Shown piece by piece: positions 1-11,749 of a stretch of DNA of 32,695 bases (positions are counted from its first letter, which is position 1; the number at the start of each line of letters is the position of its first letter). Below the pieces are notes generated by a model. That model did no database searches. It was not told the origin of the DNA and was given only the letters and a program-made list of their open reading frames with translations. A program made the position numbers and the translations under genes. Source of the stretch: Basidioascus undulatus (taxonomy: Eukaryota); NCBI GenBank assembly GCA_000826855.1, contig JTLS01000089.1, positions 1 to 32,695 on the forward strand. The letters run 5' to 3'.

Positions 1-32
1 CTTCCTCCTTCCTCCTTCCTCCTTCCTCCTTC
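1..32 (+). repeat. (CTTCCTC)n pyrimidine tandem repeat in a NAP1 intron
   Basis: About 4.5 perfect copies of the 7-mer at the window start. Confidence 0.8.
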
Positions 33-100
33 TCCCTCTCCTGTTCTTTCTCTCTGTACGTGCTGCGATGCTGACACCACCCCACGCACCGCCCGCTAAG

Positions 101-648
101 ACACCAACCGTACCCGCGTCGTCAAGAAGGTCCTCCCCGCCGAGTCGTTCTTCAACTTCTTCTCCCCGCCCAAGCCGCCGACCGAGGATGACGACCGGTC
201 CGAGTCGGAGCTCGCCGACCTCGACGAGCGCCTCGAGCTCGACTACCAGATCGGGGTGCGTCTCGTCCTTTCCCTCTTCCCTCCCTTCCTTCTCTGCCTC
301 TTCCTTTTTGGCGGGACTGATGTGATGTGGGTTGTTGGCGTTAAAGGAGGACCTCAAGGAGCGCGTCATTCCCCGCGCGGTGGACCACTTTACGGGCAAG
401 TCGCTCGAGTACGAGGGCCTCGGCGACGACGAGTCGTTCGATGACGAGGACGACTACGATGACGTGCGTCGTCTTTCCTCCCTCCTTCTTTTTCCGCCCC
501 TTACTTCCTGCTTCCGCGGACGTGAGCTGACTTGCGTGCATGGTGTGTGGTACAGGAGGATGACGAGGATGACGATGAGGACGGGCCCGTGTCCCGTTCT
601 CACCCTCCTGCTGGGGCCGAAGGCCAGCAGGAGTGCAAGAACCAGTGA
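101..648 (+). CDS. NAP1: Nucleosome assembly protein 1, last three coding exons (101-255, 347-463, 556-648); 5' part lies before the window
   Basis: Spliced translation TNRTRVVKKVLPAESFFNFFSPP...LDERLELDYQIG|EDLKERVIPRAVDHFTGKSLEYE...|acidic tail...QQECKNQ*. SFFNFF and the ERVIPRAVDHFTG segment are NAP-family hallmarks. Ends in a CaaX-like motif as other NAP1 proteins do. GT-AG introns keep the frame. Confidence 0.95.
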
Positions 649-1456
649 CGCTCTTCGGAGTGTCGCTGGTTGTGCACTCAGGCCCCTAGGCCCCCCAGCA
701 AGAGTGTTAAGGTACGTCCTTTTCCTTCCCCCCCTTTTTTATTTTTTTTGGTTCGTTTGCTGACGCAGTGTTGCCAACAGGTCGTCCACGGCTAATGCTT
801 ATGGTGAGTCTCCTGAGTTTTTCATGAGTATGGGGCAATGCGCTGACCCGGTGTGGGATACAGGACGTCGGTGATTCTTTGTCTTCGTCTTTACCCAGTA
901 CCTAGTTCATCCTTGTCATCTTTGGTCCAATGAAAAATACACCCCATCCTGTCCTGTCTACCTCGGTCTACTTCGTCGTCGTTTCTCTCGCTTCATATTC
1001 ATCTCATCTCTCTTTACTTTTGGCTGCAATGTGGTGCCTCGGCTATGGTCTTGGACTTTCTGCGTCGTGCATCCAGCACAGTACAAGTGCGCATTGCTAG
1101 GTCACGTTCGTCGTGCATCGGCCGATGAGCGATTGCAGTTGACGCTGGAGGACGCAGCGAGGACGCAGCTTCGCTCCTCGCTGATCATTTCTGAGCTTCG
1201 GGAAGTTTTGACTGGATTATGGAATCCTATCTGGCGCTTGCTTAAATCTATGTATGTTCGTTTGATTGATGGTTGTATATACTAAGACTTTCGAGGCAAA
1301 AAGAAGACGGAGCGCGGATGGAGCACAACCGTAACGCCGTACTGCGGCTCTCCACACCGGCCGGGAGCGTCTTCTCGCACGACCATCACTCCGGTCTCAG
1401 CGGTTGCCTCACTTCGCATCAAACACCCACCGCAACACCCCCGGCGCACACTCACC

Positions 1457-2229
1457 ATGATCCGCCCTGCCCCCCTGCGCGCCCTGCGCCCGTTCACGCG
1501 CTCCCTCCCCACCGCCCCTCCGCCGCCCGAGCACCCCTCCTCGCTCTCGACGCACAAGCCCGCGGACATCCCCCCGCCCGACTCGTCCCTCAACTGGGAC
1601 CAGTACCTCTCCATCCGGCGGCGTCGGCACCGATGGGACTTGGCCGCGTCGATCCCGACGACCTTGGCCGGGTTTACCTTGGGTGGGGCCTACTTCGCCG
1701 GGCTCGAGACCGAGCCGGGCCAGTTGATTTTCGGCCTCGAGGCGATGTGGGTGTACGCGGGTGCTACCCTTGCCAGTGGTGGGCTGGGGTGGTTGGTCGG
1801 CCCGATTATTGGGAGTGGGCTTTGGCGTATTACGCACCGCAGGAGACTGCCCCAGATCGAGGCGAAGGAGCGCGAGTTTTATAAGCACAGTGCGTTGTTC
1901 TTCCCCCTCCCACATCTCTCCTCTCTCTTTCGCCTTCCATGCTGTCCACTGGTTAGTGTGTACTGAGAGACGCCGAGGGACGTCCGCAGTTCAAGCCAAG
2001 CGTGTCGACCCCTCGCGCCAGAGCGTGCAGAACCCCGTGCCCGACTACTACGGCGAGAAGATTGGGAGCCTGAAGGACTACAGGCAGTGGCTCCGGGATC
2101 AGGTGCGTTTTCCTCTTCCCCTGCTTTTCTACCTCCCTGCCTCCCTGCCTGGCAGGACACTGGCTGATGCGCGGGCGGGGTAAGGCGGTGTTCAGGAGGA
2201 AGGCCAGCTGGGAGGAGGCGGAGCGGTAG
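1457..2229 (+). CDS. PAM17: Mitochondrial presequence translocase-associated motor subunit Pam17 (exons 1457-1889, 1990-2102, 2185-2229)
   Basis: Arg-rich presequence-like N-terminus, [13 protein letters not shown], two hydrophobic segments (GGLGWLVGP), then [46 protein letters not shown], the Pam17 signature. Confidence 0.95.
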
Positions 2230-3463
2230 GCGGCTTGCGATGCCTGGGAGTTAGGGAGAAGACGGACCAGAGGACATCGGACATTGCATACAGAATACGA
2301 AACACTTCTCACGAGTGGTATGATCGAACTGATCCGCCTCTTACCGTGCCTTTACTCTCCGACAACGATCGTTACTCACCGTATTCGCTTCGATTGTCCA
2401 AACGAACCTACTTGCTTTCGATGCTTGTCGCATTCGTCATTTCCCACCACTCTCGAACTTCTCGACGCCGCTAACCCCATTCTCCCTTCACGCCATGCTT
2501 CATTCGCCCTTGGGCTCCGCACTTGACCGTATGCAGTCCGGACGAGCGCACTGGCGGCGTTCGCAGCATATACCTCGAGGCTTCGTGACTAGACATCTCC
2601 AGAGGACGGTCTTCGTGTCTGTGTCTATGACGCATTCCGTGCTCACGTTCAGGTCAATGTGCCTGCTAGATGGAAGCCTACAGGACCGGCGCTGAACGGA
2701 TTGGACACCCACTTTCCATTCTTTCTGGCTCGTTCGCTCGCTCGTCGGACCCAGCTGAACGCGCGGCTGCAGCGTTCCAGGCATTCGTTCGGCAGCACAG
2801 AACTGCGCTCCCCGAGGTTTCAGGGCATGGCTATACCGCGTATGAAGTGGGCTCGGCGGGCAATATATAAGTACGTACGGCCATCTACTATGTAGCGAGA
2901 CAGGGCGAAAAGCCCACAGCGTGCCGTTCATCGACAGTAGTTTCTCTCGAGAGTATCTCAACGTTTTGTCGTCGAGCACCTATTATCGGTAACGCAGGGC
3001 AGTTGGCGTAGCACGCTGAATCTTCTCGGATTTTCAAAGGAATATAGACGTACCCACCAGTGTCCTTGTGAATGTATGTAGTACAGGCTATTGAAGCGAG
3101 CGTTGCCTTCTTCGTTGGGAAGCAGCTGGTCCCTCTTGGGCCGGGTCCCAGACAACCTGCGTGCGCACTTCAGGGCTGGTGAATGGGGTCTTATTTGATG
3201 GATGTGTATCTCCTTGAACATTTCAGGCTTTGAGAGACTTGGCCGAAGCTCCTTCAGACGGTTAAGTGAAAGTCGATCCTGCACGTGAGCCCAAACGCGA
3301 ACCTCATTTAATCGACGCGTCCACGCCGCCCGCCTTGCCTCTCGCTTCGTTCCGCACCACCAACACCCAATCCACAGCAAACACCCTCCTCCCACCGTGC
3401 ACCCTCCTCTCTCTTTCTTCCCAACCCCACACAACATCACCAAATTCCAGTCCCGACCACACC

Positions 3464-4886
3464 ATGTCCCACCCCCGCTCCTCCTCCTCCTCCCCCCCTT
3501 CGCCTCCAAACACCCCCTCTGCCCTCCTTGCCCTCTCCCCTCTCGTCCAGCTCCACACCTTGCCGAAGCACCCGCACTCCCGCTTTCTGATTACGTCGCA
3601 CGTGCACGCGCGCGCGGACGATCAGCATATCTGGCGGGTGCATGCTGTCCACCTGGGTACGGGCGAGGGGTGGAAGGGGGGTTGGGAAGGGGATGAAAGG
3701 ATTCGGGCGGGGCTGGTAAGTCCGGGGGAGAAGCAGAGGGAGGGGGGAGAGGTGCTGATTGTGGTGGAAGATAGTTGAACCCACTGGACTGGGGACGATT
3801 GGTTAAGACTGTAAGGGAGGCGTGGAGGGTCGGGGAGATGGAGCTGGTTGGGTGGTCGAAGGGCGGGGAGAACGAGAGCATCAAGGCGCGTCCTTTTCCT
3901 CCTGCCCCGTCTCCTTCCTTCTCCTCCAAATGGCTTACGGACGCAACCACCCGCACCCGCAGCTCAAGCTCGACGGCAAGCGCACGCCCGTGACGATCCC
4001 CCTCTCCCGCATCAGCGCGGAGGAAACGAACAAGACTCTTTTGGGGCTCGCTACCGAAGTGCGTTCCCTCTCCCTCTGCCTTCTCCTCACTCCCCTCCCC
4101 CTTTTTTGCACGCTCCTTCTGACACTCTCCCACAGGTAGCGGAATCCGCCACCCGCCGCGCCGACTGCGTCCTCACCGGCCCGTCCTCCTCGTCGGGCTC
4201 CTCGCGCGCGGGGAGCCCGCCTAAGCCCGTTACGCCCAACAAGCGGCGGAAGGTTTCTGATGGGGCGGGTGCGTTTCCTCTTTCTTGTTCCTTCTCAGCC
4301 GTATATTACTGAGCGTTGGAGCTTGGGATGGCTCGGAATGCAGAGGAGGACGGCGTCGACACGCTGCGCCGGAAGTTGAGGGAGTCGGAGGTGCGTCCTG
4401 TCCCCCCACCTAATTCCCACATCCCCTTCCTTCAGTCCTTGAATATTCTGGTACTCACCTTCGATCGCGTTTCCGATCATGCAGGCCCAGAACAAGCGCC
4501 TCCTCCAGGAAGTCAAAGATCTCCGCAAGACGGCGACGGCCCAGCTCGAAAAGAAGTCGTCCCGTGCGTCCTCCCGAGCTCCCTCCCTGCTACCCCACCC
4601 CTACTCCCCCTCCCTTCCGACATTCGGATCTTCTGGTGCTTTGATCGTGGGTAGTTGTTGCTGACACACAGCGAAACGATCAGTGATCATCGTCCCCCCC
4701 ACTCGCAAGGGAGCGAGCATGGCGAACCCGAACCAGCTCAGGTGCGTGACGTCCACACATCCTCCCCTCCTTTTAGGAGAACGTCAGGAAATGGACTGAC
4801 TCATGTGTTGTGTGCGCGACAGGCGGATGAAGGCCTCCGCGGACTTCGACGACCCCGATGTGCCGGGGAGCTCGGATTCGGAGTAG
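3464..4886 (+). CDS. 283-aa, 8-exon protein; candidate PAXX-like (XRCC4/XLF superfamily) NHEJ accessory factor. Exons 3464-3715, 3775-3885, 3963-4058, 4136-4268, 4344-4390, 4485-4563, 4672-4741, 4823-4886
   Basis: All seven introns splice in phase to an 852-nt ORF (one GC-AG intron). Beta-rich head (RFLITSH...WRVHAVHLGTGEGWKGGW...LKLDGKRTPVTIPLSRISAEETNKTLLGLATEVA), coiled coil (LRRKLRESEAQNKRLLQEVKDLRK) and C-terminal GASMANPNQLRRMKASADFDD resembling the PAXX Ku-binding motif. Gene existence is well supported; the PAXX call is by-eye similarity. Confidence 0.7.
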
Positions 4887-6397
4887 ATTGCGGTCGAGAG
4901 GGTTGAGCTGGGTTGTCTGGGGGGTTTCTGTTCCTTCACTTTTCTTTCAGTTTCGAGTGCACTTCACGCCGCGTTATATGTCTCCCCTTTGCTGTTTCGC
5001 TACTTTCCACTTTGATCTTTCGTCGCTCGCACTCGCATCATGTCACTGCATCTTTCTCGTTATTTTCCTAGTCTTGCTAAATCGCAACGCATCGCATTAT
5101 GTACTCCGCTGCACTTCTACGATCATTGGATCGCACATTCAGATCTCCGCTCGAGTGAATGCCAGAATTGGGATGAGCGTTATCGCGCAGACGCGGGATG
5201 CAGCAACTTGACAGGACCAGCGATCGAACAAGATGGGGTACTAGCTGCCGGTCCATGTTTAGTAATTCATGTGGATATGCCGGCTTGTTGGGATCGAGAT
5301 TGCTCCATAGGACGTGTCGCAACGTTGAACATTTATTCTTTATTTTACAGGCAATCAAGGGTCCATACTAAAAGTGAACAATACTGTATACTGCTTGAGG
5401 CAACTCAAAGGAAGCCTGACCTCACCTCCCACAAACAACGTTCGAAACAGGATCCGCGGCTGCCTTCTTCCTTCTTCCGCCCTCCCTTCTCCACCACACC
5501 GTCCCCACTGTTTGAACCCAATCACCCAAACTCCGCTCGCTGTCCTTTCCCGGTAAACATGGTACGGCCTTCCCAAGCCTACTTTCCTAAACCAGACGGA
5601 ACGCAGCTCACTCCCTACGTGCTACACACAGCCCTCCCTCAAGAGCCGACGCACAAAGAGGCTGCTTGCTAAGGCGCTGGTCCGGAACAGGCGAGTTCAA
5701 TCTTCTCTCCATTTTTTTCAATATCCTTTTCAAAGCAGTAGGAGTTGAGCATGGTGTAGTTGTGTGAATGCAGACCCATCCCGCAGTGGTTCAGGATGAA
5801 GACGGACAACAAGATCCAGTACAACATGGTAAGTTCCGGATAGAAAGAGGGAAGAGGGTTGGACATGGTTAATTAAGAGGGGAAATAAGCTGAATTAGCG
5901 TGGAGAGAACAGAAACGGAGGCATTGGAGGAGGACGAAGCTGAAGATTTGAGGAGGGGCTGGCGGTGAGGGAGGGAAGGGACGTCCGGACGCAAGTTTCT
6001 GTGCGTCTCACACTTCTATTTGGAGTTACTGCTCAGTAGGATGTTTCCAGTGGCAACATTGATCCATCTGAAAACGCTGTGAGGGTGTTGGGCAGTCAGT
6101 TTGAAAGCCTGTCGTGCAGCGTGCACAGCAGTCGATGCATTGCCAGCCTTCGCCCTTGAGCAGCTCGCTCCATCATTTCGTGCTCAATGATCTTACACCT
6201 CCACTTCTCGACCTCCTTCACTTCGCCAAAGCGGATTCTCTCGCTGAAGGCGGAGTTGGGCGTTGTGTGCTGTGTGCCAAAGATAGGCACGTTTACATGA
6301 CATCACACTTCAACGGCTCCGTCGAGGGCCACGTCCTCCTCATCTCATCCTCATCCTACTCTCAATCTACAACCATCTCATCATCCATCCAAGCATC

Positions 6398-7373
6398 ATG
6401 TCCTCCGTAGTCATTTCCGGCGCGAACTCCGGCGCGAACTCCGGCGCGTTCCCTCCCCGTCACCTTCTCCCTCACGTACTAACGCACAGTGTTCTTCTTC
6501 CGCAGGCATCGGCCTCGCCCTCCCCTCCCCTCTACGCGCAGAACGACTGGGTCGTACACTCCCTGGACGTGCACCCGCCCTTGCACGAGCTGCGGAGACG
6601 TGACGTCCCTTACCGCCCAGGTGGACGTGAGCGACGAGGAGGCCGTCCTCAGCTAACGGCTGACTTGGAGGACGAGGACGTGGACTTGGTGTTCTCCGTT
6701 GCGGGTGCGTTGTTTGATTGCCAAGGAGGATGGAGGAAGTCAGGCTGAGAGATGGGGAAAAGGGATTTTCGAGAAGAAGGATGACTTGAAGAGCGTGAGC
6801 AAGAGACGTTCCTCCGCAACTTCGTCGGTGCGTTCTGCTTCCCTCCCACAACCTCACCCTTTCCGGGCTATGTTAAACTCGAATGGAAATCAAGCCCCCC
6901 CCTCTTCTCACCTGCGCCTTCCTCCCCCACCTCAAAGAAGAGCCAGAACCCAAACATCGCGATCGGGTTGCGAAGGTCCGCTCCTCCTACTTATTCTTCC
7001 TCATCCCTTGCTTTCAACCGCGTAGGTACTAAGGGGAAGAGGTGGCGTGCAACAGGCCGCCCTAAACAGCATCGGCAAGAGCCTCTCGTCGACGTCGACG
7101 TCCCCGTCCTGCTCCTTCACCCCATTCCCAAATCCCCACATCCTCACCTCCCCTGTCCCCCACTTCCTTTCCTTCCCGGTCAAAGCGCTGACGGCGTAAT
7201 TACCCGGAAACAGGCATCGTAAAGACCAACCTCGACCCTGCGCTCTCCTCGACGTCCGGCCAGGCCGTGAGCCCGCCAAGGCCGCGCACAAGTTGTTCGC
7301 GGTTGTTGACAAGGCCGGGAAGGAGCAGTTGGGACGGTTCTGGAATAGGGAGGGGGAGGAACTGCCTTGATAG
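6398..7373 (+). pseudogene. Short-chain dehydrogenase/reductase (C-factor/CsgA-like) pseudogene
   Basis: MSSVVISGANS(GANS)G|IGLAL Rossmann start; AALNSIGKSL; VPVLLLHP; GIVKTNLD; AKAAHKLFAVVDKAGKEQLGRFWNREGEELP then TGA TAG where the family ends ...ELPW*. Frameshifts near 7085 and 7268. Confidence 0.8.
6416..6448 (+). repeat. 12-bp tandem duplication (TCCGGCGCGAAC x2.75) within the SDR glycine-rich motif
   Basis: Directly visible; duplicates GANS. Confidence 0.9.
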
Positions 7374-8377
7374 AGTAGAGTGCTTGCTGATGGGCCAGTA
7401 GACCGCTGCTACACGAGGGACTGCGAATGGGAGGGTGGACTTTTGATGTTGAAGAGGCGAACGTGCTTGATATGAACTATGATACAGAGTTGCTTTGAGT
7501 GTGACGAATACTTGAGAGAGTAGTGTGCTTTCGGTCGATTACTTTCAGGTCTCAGTCCTCATCCTTGCAGCGCATGTTCCTTCTGCGCCATGCCCCGTAG
7601 CCAGGCCATACCGATCTCTTGAACTAGACAGGCGCCCTGAGGGGTAAATTAGTAGGGTTTCTTTCGAGTGAGAGCATGGAGAATTAATCTTGAGGGTCTC
7701 TTTCTGACACAGCTATCGTACTGAACCGGTGCTTGCGGATAAATTGCCAGCTTAAGCCAGAGACAGCGGTTGCAGCCAGTGATCTCTGCACACCTTCGAC
7801 GACAAGGAAAACGTCTTTACCCGGGTGGTCCTTAGCATAGTCGCTCGACCCTCCGTGTCTGTGGTGGTTAGATCGTGTACTGTAGAGGGCAAGCGTATCG
7901 CTGCCTCTTCTGCTTTGAAAAGTGAATCACAGTCGACATGCGATCCACGTCCGGTCTCGCCGTTCGTTGCACTGCACTGCCAAAAACTAGACTACCTTCT
8001 CATGCGCTGATGCACAGTATTGTTTTTAAAATGTTCGGAACTCCGAGGTGCTACGAGTTCAAGAGCAAGCGAAATGCATTGCGTGCCAGGCAGCGGTCGG
8101 TTGCATCAACAGCCTCCGCCGGCAGACCTCGGCTGCTTCGCGTGACTCGGGACTCCTCCTTCTTGGTCCACGACTTTCACACCGGCTTTCTCTTTACTCC
8201 TTTCCACAATCTCACTGACGAAGTAAACACCTTTCAATCGCTTTCTTCCTTCAACTCGGTGCTGCTCATCAGCGACTCGAAAGCCGCTCGCGACACTCAC
8301 GTCGTCCATCGCGTCGCGCAGCTTGTCGTTTCCTCGTCCGCTTCCTTACCCGTTTCTCGGCTCCTCAAAAGCAGAGG

Positions 8378-10420
8378 ATGTCCAAAACCCTCATATCAAT
8401 AAGCTCCACCGAAAATGCCCTCTCAGCCCGGAGGCCCTCCGCAACGAGCGTGACGTCCCGCGCGCCGGCATTCGCGTTCACCAGCACCGTCCCAGCGTCT
8501 TCGGCAGAGGCGCACGAGCTCTCGTCCTACCCCGCGACCCCAGCCGTCTCAGGGCGGAATTCCGTTTCTTCCGTCCAAGGTGCTGCTCTTCTAGACGACG
8601 ATGAAGGCTACCCCGAGGGCGGGTACGGCTGGGTCGTCACGCTTGCGTCGTTCGTGCTCGCGTTCCACTTCCTCGGTGCGCCGCGCCGTCAACCGGTTTC
8701 AAGCACCATAGAAACTCACTTTTCCTTCATCCTCCATAAAGGTATTTTATACAGCTGGGGCGTGATCCAATCGCAGCTCGAAGAAGCGCGCCTCGCGCCC
8801 GCATCGACCCTCGCGTTCATCGGCGGCCTCAGCGCGTTCTTCCCCGCCGCGCTGGCCATCCCGTCCAGCATGCTCGTCGCGCGCTTCGGGAACCGCCCAG
8901 TCGCGTGCGCGGGGATGACTCTCGTCGGGGTGGGGGAGACACTGAGCGGGTGGGCGACGAGGAGCGTGCCGGGCCTGTTTGTGCTTCAGGGTGGGTTTCT
9001 GGGAGTGGGGGGGAGCTTGTGCTTCATGGTAGGTCTTTTTGCGGGGTTTTGAAGATCGCGTTGAGAGGAAGGAGCTGAAAAGGGTTGAAGAGCACTTGCG
9101 GTCTGCCTGCGACGTACTTTAAGCGCAAACGGGGACTCGTGACCGGCTTTTACTGTGCGTCTTCCTTCTTCCTTTCATTTCTCGAGGTGAACAGACTAAC
9201 AACCCGATTCCGAACTCGCAGCCGCCGGCGCCGGGATCGGTGGTGCTGTCTTCTCGGTCGTGACCGAGCGGCTGATAGACAAAGTGCCTATCTCTTTTCA
9301 TCTTTCTCTGCATCCCGCATTGCGAAGCCTCACTCGGCCCCCCGTCTCACGCTTCTTCCACAGATCGGTCTGCCCTGGACCTTCCGCGCCCTCGGCCTGG
9401 AGGTGCTTCTTTTCGGGCTGCCCACTTGCTGGCTCCTCCGCCCAGGCGTCACGCCTCCCCCCGCGTCCGCGCACGCCGTGGGCGGGCCTAGCGTGTTCAA
9501 GAACAAGGCCTTCATCTTCCTCCTCGCCAGCTGCGTCATCGTCTCGTTCCCTTTTTTCTGTCCGCCAGTACGTCCCCCACCCTCTTCAAAGTGACCCTCT
9601 CAGTAACTGAGTAACTGATTCGTTGGGTGTGTATGCAGTTCTTCCTCCCCCTGTACGCGCGCTCCATCAGCCTGTCGCCCGCCGCGGGCGCCGCGCTCGG
9701 GGCGGGGTACAACCTGGCTTCAGCGGCGGGGAGGTTTGGCTTTGGCGTCGTTGCGGACTTTTCGGTCGGGAATATCACGGCGTTCGTGTTGGCTTTGGTT
9801 ATGGCCGGGCTGGGAGCTATGGTCGTCTGGCCACTTTCGACGTCGGCTGGGCCGCTGATCGTGTGCGTTTGTCCTCTCTGTTTTGCTTTTGAGGAATAAG
9901 CCGACTAACACTGGTTGTATAACACCACCGGATGTCATAGGTTCGTCCTCCTCTCCGGGATGGGCTGCGGCGGATACTTCAGCTTGCAAGTGCCGATCTG
10001 TGGTGCGTTGCCGTCTGCCCCTCCCCATCTTGCTTGTTTCCCTCGCCCCTTCCTCTCCCGTATCTCTCATCACTTGAGATTACACCCCACCTGCAGGCCA
10101 GATCCTCGGCTCCTACCGCGTCTCTACCGGCATCGGCTGGCTCGAGCTCGGCGGCTGCATCGGGTTCCTCCTCGGCCCCTCCACAGCCGGCTACCTCCTC
10201 GAGTCCTTCGGCGGTTCAGATGCAGGCGCGATCGCCTACAGGCCCGCAATGGTGTGTCACATCTCGCATCGTACGCGTTTACAGGCCGGTGCAAGATTGA
10301 TGACACTGATGCTCTCGCAACGGTTCGCAGTTTTACGTCGGCTCCACCACACTCGCCTCTGCGGTTCTGGCACTCGCAGTTCGCTTCACGTTGTCCCGCC
10401 GGGTATTTGTGAAAGTTTGA
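8378..10420 (+). CDS. MFS transporter, monocarboxylate porter (MCT/MCH-like) family, multi-exon
   Basis: YPEGGYGWVVTLASF (family N-terminal motif), GILYSWGVIQ, LVARFGNR, ATYFKRKRGLVTG, GLPWTFRALG, SAAGRFGFGVVAD, LLGPSTAGYLL; ends SRRVFVKV* at 10418-10420. No lesion noticed. Confidence 0.9.
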
Positions 10421-10904
10421 CATGGATTCCGGTGGAGCAGCCATGAAACAATTTGTCATGAGGCAACGGGTGTGGGGCTGGCATTGATCTTGGCAAGCCA
10501 CAGTGTATTTGGCTGAATTGGAGAGGATCACGCACGTACATGTTGAAACTCAGCAATTCAGGATGTTTTGACTGCTCAGTGGCGCAGATCAGTTGGTCTC
10601 ACGGATGAGGAGTCGGGCGGGGTAGTCTTCTCTTCGTCTGTAGACGTCCAATAATCGCCATGGTTGACCATATGGGCAATCAAGGAGCGGAGAGACGGAA
10701 GCGCCAAGCGCCGAAAAATGTAGTCGAGACCAAAACCGCCATCAGTGTCGTGCCAGGAGGGACAGCTTGCGGAAAGACTGCAGGCCTTGCGGCACCGAAC
10801 GAGAGAATTCTGGGTTTATTTTGTGCAGGAAGAGCTCGGTTTGGTAGTCTGGAACAATGTTTAAGCGAGTGTAGCTTGGGTAGCAGGTCTAGAAGTAAGA
10901 GCAC

Positions 10905-11339
10905 TTAGGGATATTCTTCGTTGCGCTTGAGCGAGCACTGCAGGCGCCCGGGGTACCCACGGGCTGCTGCAGCTGAATGGAAGAGCTGGAGGTCGGCCAA
11001 AACCCCGTCTTCCTCAGGAAACCCATCAACATCAAAGTGCATATAATTGTTGACATCCCGCTCGAGGCTGAGGTCGCGGACATGCCCCCGAAGCGCCGGA
11101 CGGAGCAGGACAGAGCGCAGAAAGAGGCGGAGGGTAGTGCGTGCGCCTATCCTCGTAGTCAACGCCCCGGATCGCGATAGTACGGTACAGGAGAGGCTCA
11201 GTGAGTTTTTGCAACCGGCGACAGACGAGAGAAAGACTTGCCAAGGCGGCGGTGGGCGCCGACCCAGGCGGCGGGTGGTGAGCGGTCAGTGGGATGATTT
11301 TGAGAAGCAGCTCGTTGGGGAGTCCGAGTGAACCGTCAT
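10905..11339 (-). pseudogene. F-box-like protein gene remnant (frameshifted, truncated)
   Basis: LGLPNELLLKII...ALASLSLVCRRLQKLTEPLLYRTIAI is an F-box-like motif. The expected continuation LRLFLRSVLLRPALRGHVRDLSL is in another frame, and the nearest ATG (11339) is out of frame with the F-box and stops early. Confidence 0.65.
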
Positions 11340-11710
11340 AGCTAGCACTATGAATGATAAGGGTTTGGAGTGCGGGTGTGGGTGTTTGTGTGTGGGTGAA
11401 GGGTAGTGGGTGGTGGACAGGAACAAGGAAGGCGACGGAGCGAGATCGGAGGACACTCGGATGGATGCACAACACGACCTCGATTTTGGGGATCGTTATC
11501 CCGGATGCTGAATGTTGTAGCTTGATGGCCTCACGAAGATTTTTGTCGTTTCCAAACCCAATAGGCCAATTCGAAGAAGACACCACTTGCAGACATCCAG
11601 TATGTAGTTTGGCGGTCAATCCCCGCGCGCTTGATCAGGGCCGGGCCCAGGGAGATTTAAGGGCGAGCAGTCTTCTCTCTTCCCTTCCTCCCTCTCTCCT
11701 CATCTTTCTC

Positions 11711-11749
11711 CTCCCTCCATCACCTCCCTCCATCACCTCCCTCCATCAC
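11711..11749 (+). repeat. 13-bp tandem repeat CTCCCTCCATCAC x3
   Basis: Directly visible in a pyrimidine-rich intergenic tract. Confidence 0.85.

Noticed and set aside
2300..3300. Short ORFs between PAM17 and the PAXX-like gene (e.g. 2670-2870 +, 2958-3509 -)
   Set aside because: No recognisable domain or consistent splice model. Could be a lineage-specific remnant but not supportable.
5040..5866. 210-aa plus ORF and 65-aa minus ORF with a hydrophobic stretch
   Set aside because: Non-ATG start for the long ORF, and neither shows the GC3 bias of real genes here or any family motif.
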